A DNA stretch of 57,392 nucleotides from Prorocentrum cordatum (lineage: Eukaryota). The stretch is from contig CAUYUJ010000032.1 of the NCBI GenBank assembly GCA_963575745.1, positions 62,001 to 119,392 of the forward strand, in the 5' to 3' direction. Shown one piece after another: positions 1 through 9,807 of the stretch. A program made the translations under genes and the position numbers. The notes under the pieces are model-generated. The model was given only the letters and a program-made list of their open reading frames with translations, ran no database searches and had not been told where the DNA came from. Within the stretch, counting starts at the first letter, position 1. Every line of letters begins with the position of its first letter.

Positions 1-179
1 CGCGAGAAGCGTGCCAACTCTGTGCCCGCGCGCCGCGCCGCGCCGCGCTCGGGCTCCAGGGTGTGGAAGAAGAGCCGCGCCCGCGTGCGCTCCTGGGGAG
101 TTCCAGCGTAGGCGCAGCGCCTCTTGCACCGTGCGTCTCGGCCGGCGCACTGGGGGGGGGGCAAGTTTGATCTGTGAGT

Positions 180-430
180 GGACCACTACACCTTTACACC
201 TTTACACCACTTTGGAAAAGGGTGCACTACAACATTGCACCATTTTGGAGATGGTGCAAGTTTGAAGATGATGTTATTATTAACCACTACACCATTACAC
301 CAGTTTGAAATTTGTGTAGGGTTTACACCACTACACCATTACACCATTTGAGAGATTGGGTCAAGCTTTACACCACTACACCATTTTGGGGAAGGGTGTA
401 AGCACTACACCTTACACCGTTCTAGGGAAA
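180..430 (+). repeat. Degenerate ACCACTACACCATT motif array
   Basis: Repeated ccactacacc/accatt motifs; the reverse-complement array occurs at 3390-3570. Confidence 0.7.
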
Positions 431-504
431 GGTGCAAGGTTTATTCTAGTGCGTTGCACCGCTGAGGGGGGCGGACTGGCTGGCTGGATCAGGCTTTTGA
501 GCGG

Positions 505-905
505 GGGGGCAAGCCCCCCCCCAAAGATCCTTAAGGGGAAAGGTCAGAAACAGAAACACCCTCAGCAGCCTGTCCAGCCAGCCGCCGGCTGGCCGGACGA
601 GTCTGCTGAGGGAGAGGGTCCAACTTCTGATGGGAGGGGAAAACCCCTAAGGATCCTTGGGGTTCCAGAAATATCCTCAGCAGCCTGTCCAGCCAGCCGC
701 CAGCTGGAGCAGCCGGCTGAGGGGGGTGGGTGTTGATCTCCCCGAAGGATCGCGGTGTGATGGCGTAGTGGTGTATTGGTACAGTGGGTTGCTGAGGGTG
801 TTTCTGACCCCCCCGCCCCAAAGGATCTTTATTGGGGGGGGTCCAGAAACACACTCAGCAGCCCATCGAGCCAGCCGCTGGCTGGACCAGTCTGCTGAGG
901 GAGGG
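505..905. repeat. Alternating palindromic units (CCCTCAGCAG...CTGCTGAGGG and CCCC-AAGGATCCTT-GGGG)
   Basis: Imperfect palindromes at 559-612, 675-723 and 854-900; GGATCC-like-centred palindromes near 513, 641, 806, 1287 and 1503. Confidence 0.7.
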
Positions 906-1785
906 GGTCAGGCGGCTGCTAATGGAGGGGGTCTACTGCTCGAGCCGGCAGGACAGAGGTTGGGAGTTTTCTGGCTCTCTGGAGCGCTTCTCGTCGCCAC
1001 GGCGGAGCGTAACCCGAACAACTCGTGCGCTTTGAAGCCCTTAGGAATCCGAGGGATATCAACGGCCAGGCACGACAGAGTCAAGGCGGAGTGGGGGAAG
1101 GGAAAGAATGGAGGAACGTAATGGAGGAAGGAGGATGAGACAGGAAAACTTATGATGCGTTTAGCAGGCGAACTGGTGTTGACAACTGAAACTTTCTATC
1201 ATAGCCGTCTTGGAGTTTTGATGGGCCGTCTTGGGGCCATGTTCGGCTATCTCTGAACCCTCTTGAGGGTCGCGGAATGCAGTTTTGACCCCCCCCCACA
1301 GGATCCCTTTGGGGGGTCAACAGCACGTTTGGGAGCATGATTTTGCTCGCTGATATACGACATGCATCTTCGCGCTAGATCGTGTCATGGAGTAGTAAGA
1401 CGTCTCAGGGATTTGCTGAACCGTCTTCAGACTGGTTGTCTCGCTTTGAAGCCATGTCCGGCCGTCTCTGAGCCCCCATGAGGCCGCAGAATGCGGTTTT
1501 GTTCCCCCCACCTAAGGATCTTCTGGAGGGAGGCAAGATTGCAGTTGCGAGTACGATCTTTGCTTGCAGATATGCAACATCCATCACCCGGTGGAGTAGT
1601 GGTGTAAAGCATACACCATCCCACAAAATTATCCCGGCAAAGCAACCTAACAGCGATGTGTAGGAGCATATCTGGAAGCATTCCCCTTAAGATTCGGATG
1701 AGAATCCAGTTGTAGAATTCTGCTGTTCTCGCAGTCGTAGTCGCATTCGCGATGACAGTCGCAGTGGCAACGGCAGTCGCAGTCA

Positions 1786-2680
1786 CAGCCTCAGCCTCAG
1801 CCTGCCTCAGCCTCAGCCTCAGCCTCAGCCTGCCAGCCTCAGCCTCAGCCTCAGCCTCAGCCAGCCTGCCTCAGCCTCAGCCTCAGCCTCAGCCTGCCTT
1901 CAGCCTCAGCCTCAGCCTGCCTGCCTCAGCCTCAGCCTCAGCCTCAGCCTGCCTCAGCCTCCTCAGCCTCAGCCTCAGCCTCAGCCTGCCTCAGCCTCAG
2001 CCTCAGCCTGCCTCAGCCTCAGCCTCAGCCTCTGCCTTCAGCCTCAGCCTCAGCCTGCCTCAGCCTCTGCCTCAGCCTCAGCCTCAGCCTGCATCAGCCT
2101 CAGCCTCAGCCTGCAGCCTCAGCCTGCCTGCATCAGCCTGCCTCAGCCTCAGCCTCCTCAGCCTGCCTCTGCCCAGCCTCAGCCTCAGCCTGCTTCAGCC
2201 TCAGCCTCAGCCTCAGCCTCATCAGCCTCGGCCTCAGCCTCGCCTGCCTCAGCCTCAGCCTGCAGCCTCAGCCTCAGCCTCAGCCTGCCTCAGCCTCAGC
2301 CTCCGCCTCAGCCTGCAGCCTCAGCCTCAGCCTCAGCCTCAGCCTGCAGCCTCAGCCTCAGCCTCAGCCTCAGCCTCAGCCTCAAGCCTCAGCCTCAGCC
2401 TCAGCCTGCCTCAGCCTCAGCCTCAGCCTCAGCCTCAGCCTGCAGCCTCAGCCTCAGTCTGCCTTCAGCCTCGGCCTCAGCCTCAGCCTCAGCCTCATCA
2501 GCCTCAGCCTCAGCCTCAGCCTGCCTCAGCATCAGCCTGCCTCAGCCTCAGCCTGCTCGCCTCAGCCTCAGCCTCAGCCTCAGCCTTCAGCCTCAGCCTC
2601 AGTCTGCCTTCAGCCTCGGCCTCAGCCTCAGCCTGCCTCAGCCTCAGCCTGCCTCAGCCTCAGCCTCAGCCTGCCTCAGC
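1786..2680. repeat. (GCCTCA)n hexamer microsatellite with GCCT interruptions
   Basis: About 900 bp of tandem gcctca. Confidence 0.97.
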
Positions 2681-3170
2681 ATTCAAAATGTGGCCCGGGA
2701 ATGGAATTCTGGAACTCGAAGAACACGAAGTGGCCTACAGTTGGCTCCGGGCATTCAAAATCATGCCCAGGAATGGAGTTCTGGGAACTCGAAGACCACG
2801 AAGTGGCCTACAGTTGGCTCCGGGCATTCAAAATGTGGCCCGGGAATGGAGTTCTGGGAACTCGAAGAGCACGAAGTGGCCTACAGTTGGCTCCGGGCAT
2901 TCAAAATGTGGCCCGGGAATGGAGTTCTGGGAACTCGAAGAGCACGAAGTGGCCTACAGTTGGCTCCGGGCATCCAAAATGTGGCCCGGGAATGGAGTTC
3001 TGGGAAATCGAAGAGCACGAAGTGGCCTACAGTTGGCTCCGGGCATCCAAAATGTGGCCCGGGAATGGAGTTCTGGGAAGTCGAAGAGCACGAAGTGGCC
3101 TACAGTTGGCTCCGGGCATTCAGAATGTGGCCCGGGAATGGAGTTCTGGGAGGTCGAAGAGCACGAAGTG
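2679..3170. repeat. 73-bp minisatellite, about 6.7 copies
   Basis: Units start at 2679, 2751, 2824, 2897, 2970, 3043 and 3116 (gcattcaaaatgtggcccgggaatggagttctggg...). Confidence 0.97.
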
Positions 3171-3389
3171 TGTGACTGTTTGCGAAAAGCGCATTCGGAC
3201 ACGAGTTCGGACACAGCTCCCCGGATGCCGCCCCGACCCCCCTGTGGAGTCATCTGCTGTTCTCTTTTGAGTCCACTAGAAACCTATCAGCAAAAGCTGT
3301 TAGGTAAAAAGGGAAAGGATATGGGTGTAACGCCCAAGGCAATCCGCAAAATTGCGTAATGCTTGTCAGGTAAAACCTACGCCAGCCCA

Positions 3390-3570
3390 CAACATGGTGC
3401 AATGGAGTAACGCGTACACCATTCGCATAATGGTGCAACGATGTTTGTACAGTTCAGCAAAGTTGCTTAACGGTGCAATGGTATAACGCGTACACCATTG
3501 TGTAAAACGGTGCAATGGTGTAATAGTGTAGCGTTTTCACCTCTTTCCATTTGTAGTGTAATGGTGTAGC
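3390..3570 (-). repeat. Inverted copy of the ACCACTACACCATT array
   Basis: ggtgcaatggtgtaatagtgtag / gtagtgtaatggtgtag motifs. Confidence 0.65.
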
Positions 3571-4273
3571 GAAGGAGAAAGGAGCGAGGAGGAGGAAGGA
3601 GGAGAAAGGAGGAGGAGGAGGATAATGAGAAATAGGAGGAGAAGGAGGGTGGGAGGAGGAGGAGGAGAAGGAGGAGGAGTAGAAGGAGGAGGGCGCCCTC
3701 ACGCTGGGCCAGTGTGCCGTCTTGCACGGCGAGGGGGACGTTCCAGCGCCACAGGTGAGCATCGAGGAAGCCCCACCGACCATCGACCTTCGATCCTCGG
3801 CTCTTGACCCATAAGTACGGTATTCGAGTAATTCGTGGGTGTATGTTGTTGATTATTTTCTTCCAGGATCTACCAGTGCTTTCTTCCAGGATCGACTGTT
3901 CCAGCGCCACAGTGAGCATCGAGGAAGCTCCACCGACCTTCAACCGTCCCCAGGAGCTCCCAGAGGTCTGGGCCCCATCCCTGGGACCGCCCTTCCATCC
4001 CGAGCCGATTTTTGCGGTGCCAGGGCCCAGCGAAGGCCCCCAGAGGCCCAGAAGCAGCCAAACGGATCCCGCGGCGATCTCTGTAGGAGAACTGAAGCGA
4101 AAGTCTTCCTGCCCTCAGGGCGCCCCTCGGCGCGCGCCCGCCAGCGCGCGCCCTGGCCAGGAGGACCGACGCGGCGGCGCCGAAGCGCGGGCCGGCAAGG
4201 CAGAGGCCGAGGGCGAAGCCCAAGGCACGGCCGAAGGGCGGGGCAGGGGCCCCAGCAGGTAGATGGGCGAGGG

Positions 4274-4565
4274 GAGGAGGAGGAGGAGGAGGAGGAGGAG
4301 GAGGAGGAGGAGGAGGAGGAGAGGAGGAGGAGGAGGAGGGAAGAAAGGCAGGAAAGAGGACGAGGAGGAGGAGGAGGAGGAGGGGAGAGAGGAGGGAGGG
4401 AGAGGAAGAGAGGAGAGGAGGGAGAGGAGAGGAGAGGAGAGGAGAGAGGAGAGGAGAGGAGAGGAGAGGAGAGTAGGGAAGGGGGAGCCGGAGGAGAAGG
4501 AGGAGGAGGAGAACGAGGAGGAGGAAGAGCACAAGGAGGAGGGATGTGGGAGGAGGAGGAGGAGA
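4274..4565. repeat. (GAG)n / purine-rich microsatellite
   Basis: Direct reading. Similar tracts at 8605-8690, 12558-12705, 14838-15116, 51060-51295, 51470-51524, 52473-52541, 56165-56255 and 56943-57026; (CCT)n at 15730-15881. Confidence 0.95.
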
Positions 4566-4664
4566 CCAGAGACGCGAGGTGCAGCAGAGTTCAACACGAT
4601 GGTCCAGCAGCACAGAGGCGTCGGGAACAGCTCGCGAGGGCCAGGAAAAGCAGGAGGAGGTGGA

Positions 4665-5420
4665 GAGACCAGTGCAAACCCAAGAGTCATCAACGATACT
4701 GCGAGACACCCTCCCTACAAGTTTCTCCGTCACAGGCCGCTACACGGGTGCATTTTCACTGAGGGAAGTGCCCCGCTGGAAGACATGTGTTCTAAAATCT
4801 TTGTGCCAGAACATTATTCTTGGGACTTCAACGCCGCGAATCACCGTTACGGTTGCGTTTTGACGGTCCTGAATCGTGCAGCACCATGCAACAGAAAATG
4901 TTGCGCCTTGACAGTCCAAGATCGTGCCAGCACACCATTTGTGTGACGCTAACCAGGAGAATCCTTGAAACTGCTGCGAACTGTTAAAACGAATGCGCAC
5001 GGCGCTGAGGCGAGAGCCGCAGTTTGAAAAGGAACCGCCTTCCATCCATTAAGCTCTTGCATGTTGTAAGACGAATGTGCGCGCTAAGGCGAAAGCCACA
5101 TGTTGAAAGCGGTCCGTCCTCCATCCGTGAAGCTTGTGCAATGTATTAAGACGAGCGCTAATGCGAGAGCCACACGTTGGAAACTACCCGCCCTCCATCC
5201 GTGAAGCTCAGCAAATGTTTAAGACGAGTGCGCGCGGCGCTCAGGGGAGAGTCGCATTTTGAAAACCGCCCCCCCTTTCCATCCGCGAAGCGGCTGCAAG
5301 CTGCAAGCTCTGAGTTTCAGGATCGTAACTGGTGACGAAGCCTCAGGGGAAACGCCAGGCCAGCCCTTTCGAGCTGCCTGGGGCGCGACAGGGAGGAGTT
5401 CTCTATAAGAAAAAGACATG
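4665..5420 (+). mobile_element. (GAG)n-flanked non-coding dispersed element with ~83-bp internal subrepeats, copy A
   Basis: Collinear with 51525-52470 and 56256-56945 from gaccagtgcaaacccaagagtcat through gggacttcaacgccgcgaat to gcgacagggagga; a truncated restart follows at 5512-5605. Confidence 0.75.
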
Positions 5421-5642
5421 AAGAAGTTGGAAATTGAATTGGGTATAAGACAGAGTCCAGGAAGGAGGGAGGGAGGAGGAGGAGGAGGAGTAGGAGGAGG
5501 AGAAGGAGGAGGACCAGTGCAAACCCAAGACGCATCAACGATGTTGCAGTAAACATTCTGCCCAAGTTCCCCTTCATAGGTCCCTTAAGAAAATGACTCA
5601 CATTATCTTGCACAAATGTCACCAGCTCTGACCAGTTTACGT

Positions 5643-5980
5643 CGGCACGCACGCACGGCACTGGCACCGCGCCCCCTCTCGCCCCCCAGCCAGCCCAGCT
5701 CCCCCTCGCCCCCCAGCCAGCGCGCCCCCTGCGCCCCGACCAACGAATTTCGGCACGCACGCACGGCAACAGCACCGCGCACCCCCCCCCCCCCAGCCAG
5801 CCCAGCCCTCCCCCCCGCCAGCCAGCGCGCCCCCTCCGCCTCGACCATTTCATGCGCCCCGACCATTTCATGTTGGCACGCACGCACGGCACTGGCACCG
5901 TGCCCCCTTTCCAACCACCGAGCCAAGCTCCCCCTCGCACCCAGCCAGCGCACCCCTTCCGCCCCGACCAATTTATTTCG

Positions 5981-6022
<42 letters not shown>

Positions 6023-6361
6023 TAGTGGCACCGCGCCCCGCCTCCCTCCCCAGCCAGCCTAGCTACCTTTCGCCCCCCAGCCAGCGCGCCCCCTCCGCTC
6101 CGACGAATTTATTCCAGCACGCACGCCCGGCACCGGCACCGCGCCCCTCCTCCACACCCAGCCAGGCGGGCCAGTTTTCCCCCGCCCCCCAGCCAGCGCG
6201 CCCCTCCGCCCCCATTTTTTCAGGCACGCGCGCACGGCACCGGCACCGCGCCCCGCTCACACCCTGGCCGCCCCAGCTCCCCCCTCGCACCCCAGCCAGC
6301 GCGCCCCCTCCGCCCCGACAATTTGTTTCGGGCGCGCACGCATAGCATTGGCACCGTGCCC
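5643..6361. repeat. C-rich minisatellite, units about 107-136 bp, about 7 copies
   Basis: Recurring ggcacgcacgcacggcactggcaccgcgcccc...ccagccagcgcgccccct; runs into the gap. Confidence 0.85.
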
Positions 6362-6461
6362 NNNNNNNNNNNNNNNNNNNNNNNNNNNNNNNNNNNNNNN
6401 NNNNNNNNNNNNNNNNNNNNNNNNNNNNNNNNNNNNNNNNNNNNNNNNNNNNNNNNNNNNN
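6362..6461. other. Assembly gap (100 N)
   Basis: Run of N. Confidence 1.
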
Positions 6462-7390
6462 TCCGTCGGTTGCTCTCGTCATTCTTTCCTGGTGCCACCT
6501 TGCGGGTCCCCCCCGAAGGCGTCCGATGCTCTCCTCGGGGCCTGGGGGGGTTGAGGAAAGCGCCGAGGAACCTCAGAGTATCCCCCACCACCCCAGGGCC
6601 CCAAGCTTCGAAAGACGACCTCTACGGGTTTCTCAGACGCCGCCCCCCCAGTCCCCAACCTGCCAAGATTGGCCCGAAGACGGTGGTGTCCAAATGTGCC
6701 CCTAGAGGGCACCAGACCGACTCAAATCTGACACGACACCAGTGCAAATCCGGGAATAGATTGTGTTAGATTTGTGTCGGCTTTGTGTTGGTATTGTGTC
6801 CGTCGTTCGCTCTTCTCGGGCATTCCTGGCGCTACCTGGCGGGCCCCCCGTGAGGTACCCGATGCTCTCCTCGGGGCTTGGGAGGGCTTGCCGAAAATCC
6901 CAAGGAGCTTCAGAGTTCCCACCCCCACGCCGAGGCTCCCAGCTCCCCACGGCGACCTCTGTAGGCTCCCAAGCCGCCCCAGCAGACGCCACCCAAGCTG
7001 CCAGCATTGCATCGGGCCCAAGATTGCTTCAAATGCGCCCCCAGAGGGCCCCGAACCGACACAACTGCGACAAACCAGCGCAATTTCTACAGTAGCCAGG
7101 CCCCGGCCCCCCTGGAGGCATCCAATGTTCTTCTCGCGGCGTGGAGGGGCTTCAGGAAAGCTGCAAGGAGCCTCAGCGTACCCACCCTCGCGCCACGGTC
7201 CTAAGCTCCCCCAGACGAACTCTGCAGACTCTCGAGGCGCCCCGCCAGACGCCGCTCCCACGTTGTCAGGATTGGCCCCAAGACGGATAGAAGTGCACTC
7301 CCAGAGGGCCCCGGGCCGACACAGATCAGGCACAACTTCCGCAGTACAATCTCTTAGGTTTGTGCTGGATTCGTGTTTTTGCATTGCGCC
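6462..7390. repeat. Diverged tandem repeat of about 320 bp (3 copies; a 4th at about 8130-8600)
   Basis: Recurring ccgatgctctcctcgggg...cccaag...cagagggc motifs near 6520, 6860, 7120 and 8190. Confidence 0.75.
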
Positions 7391-8233
7391 ACTTCGCGAT
7401 CGCTGTGTACGTGTTCAAGGGTAACCCCTCCACGGTCCTCGGCTCCAGCCACCGCTGCCAGTGTCGCAGCGGCGCCTTGGAGCCTTGCATTCCCAGGCAC
7501 GTCCGCGCAGACTGCACGTTCCGAGCGGTTCCTGCCCCGTGGCCTCTTCTCCGCTTCTGAGGATTCTACGCAGCCTCCGAGTGACCGCGCCTGCAGAGGG
7601 CGAGTGACACGAAGCGCTGCCGGCGCTGGGACGCGACCGAACCACTCGACGGGGCCTAGCGCCAGCGCCACTCGGAGGACACGACCCAGCGCAGGGCGGG
7701 AGGGACTGGGGTGCGCGAAAGACGGCCGCCAGCAGCCGCCGACGCCACCGGACAAGCCCGTGAGCCCCGCGGGACGAGCCCGCGAGCCCGGTACTTGCTA
7801 TCCCGCCCCGGAGTCCAGGCGGCGGCACCACACCGACCGCACGGCACAGCACGACACCAAGCACCAGGATTTCTTCCGACCCGCGTCCCGCCGAGGAGAC
7901 GAAGCGGGCAGTGCGACCGCGAAGCGGTGAAGCCACCGCCCCTCATGGGGCCAAGCGGAAGCCACAAATCGACCTCCCGAGAGCCTGCTGAATCCCCCCG
8001 CCCTCAAACCCAAGTGGGTTTAATGGTCATTCCTTCTCCGGCCTGTGCCCCAGTTGGTCCTCGGAACGTCCCGTCCGTGGCCCGACAGGCGCTTGCGCCG
8101 CTCGCGCAAGTTCAGGCTGTGCCCGTCCCCGTCGCTGGTTCTCTTCATTCGCTCCTGGTGCTCCCCGGCGGGTCCCCCCCTCTGGAGGCGTCCGACGCTG
8201 TCCTCGGGGCCCTGGGGGGGCTTGAGGAAAGCG

Positions 8234-8396
8234 TTGAGTCGGGCCTGTCCCTTTACAGGAGGAATATTCAAAAGTAGTCAAGAAATTCTTTGGGGATGAT
8301 TTCTTGAGCATTCATTTTAATCGGTTTGAGTATTTTTGGGGTATTTTTTTGTTTTTCGTCCAAAACCCCCCTGGTAGGGGGACATGCCCGACCTGA
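8234..8396. mobile_element. MITE family H (TT(A/G)(G/A)GTCGGGC...GCCCGACC(T/C)(G/A)A), 8-bp TSD
   Basis: TIRs; TSD ggaaagcg/ggacagcg; the empty site is visible in the paralogous repeat at about 6551-6572 (ttgaggaaagcgccgagg). Confidence 0.85.
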
Positions 8397-9109
8397 GGAC
8401 AGCGCCGAGGAACCTCAAGAGCACCCGCCGCCGCGCCGAGGGCCCAGACGCTCCCTGATACGACTTTGGAGTCTCCCAGGCCGCCCCCCAGACGCCCCCG
8501 AAACTGCCACGGTAGGCCCCGACACGGTTTCAAGTGAACCCTCAGAGCCCCCCAAACCGATGCAAATCCGACACGAAATCAGCGCAACTCCGCCCCGAAC
8601 AGGGGGAGGAGGTGGAGGAGGAGGAGGAGGAGGAGGAGGAGGAGGAGGAGGAGGAGGAGGAGGATGACGAGGACGAGGAGGAGGAGGATCGAAGGTTGAC
8701 GTTCGACGATCCTGGTTTTAGGGCTTCTTGAAGTTTCTGGATCCCAGATTATAAAGTGACGGTCCCGGGGGCCGGAAATTACCTTCCTCCTCCGCCCCCC
8801 TCCCCTTGTAAGTTTGGATTCGCTGGCTTGCGCAACACTACGCAGCTACGCGCGAAAGCAACTCACCCAAGCGCGTGTGTAAGCCCCTTCGGCCCCTTAG
8901 TCGGACTTGTGTTCACAATCTCGCAATGGAGTCCCCCACGTCTCAGTCGTTGTGAATGGGTGGTCGTGCCCACCTGCTGATGCTACACTGACTGGCACAC
9001 TACAATCTAAGCGCGCGAAGCGTGCGCGTTGCAGAAGTCCAGATATGTGCTTACATACTTAGATGTGCGTGTACACATATATATTTATAGGTATGGTCAT
9101 AATCATGCA

Positions 9110-9720
9110 GGCGGCATGGGGCAGTTTAGTGAGGAGCATCGCGGTAGAAGGCATCAGTTTGGCAAGCTGGCTGACATGTGCCAAGAGACTATGGAACTGG
9201 AGTTCCAAAATGTTGGAAGCATTTTCAGGGCCACCACAGCTGTCGTCATCCCAACTGCGGTGAGGATACTTATCAGAGGTAGGGGTAGCCAGATACATGC
9301 ACTCGACATGGGGCGCTTTTGCCAGAAACATCCCGGTGCAAGGCATCAACTTGGCAAGTTGGCTGAGTTTTGCCAGAAGACTCCCGGGCTAGAGCAACAA
9401 GAATATGGAAGCAGTATTAGGGTCACGTCATCTGTAGACATCCCATCGGCGCTGAGGAATGTTATCAGAGATAAAGATGGCCAGGTACATGCAAGCGACA
9501 AGGGGCACTTTTGCCAGACGCATCCCAGTGCAAGACAGCAGATTGGCAAGCACGATCAGTGTCATCGCTCCCGTCGGCATCCCAGCAGCGCTCAGGAAGT
9601 GGATCAGAGGCAAGGGTGGCCAGATGCATGCACGTGCCATTGGACCCTTCTGCAAGAAGCACCGCAGCGTAATGCAGCACACTGTCAAGCTGGCAGAGTT
9701 TTGTTTGAAGACGCTGGCTC
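9110..9720 (+). pseudogene. Degenerate tandem 64-aa (192-nt) repeat protein, possibly winged-helix/OST-HTH(LOTUS)-like
   Basis: Units at 9215, 9407 and 9546 with consensus IPxALRxxIRxxGxQxHAxxxGxFCQxHPxARxQxGKLAEFC; frameshifting deletion near 9546. Confidence 0.5.
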
Positions 9721-9752
9721 GGAAATGCGATCAAGATCACCACCCAACCCCT

Positions 9753-9774
9753 CCCGTAGCTATTTTGGCTCAAA
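9753..9774 (+). other. Relic dinoflagellate spliced leader (DinoSL)
   Basis: cccgtagctattttggctcaaa vs DCCGTAGCCATTTTGGCTCAAG (19/22 match), 33 nt before the ATG at 9808. Confidence 0.88.
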
Positions 9775-9807
9775 CCTTTTTCTGGCACCGGGCCACTGGT
9801 GCCACCA

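Noticed and set aside
2679..3170. CRISPR-like regular repeats (also 39182-40175 and 38690-39060)
   Set aside because: Units are head-to-tail with no unique spacers, there are no cas genes, and the context is eukaryotic.
1752..3359. 535-aa ORF rich in SA/QP/LS
   Set aside because: It is the translation of the (GCCTCA)n microsatellite and the 73-bp minisatellite; no coding signature.
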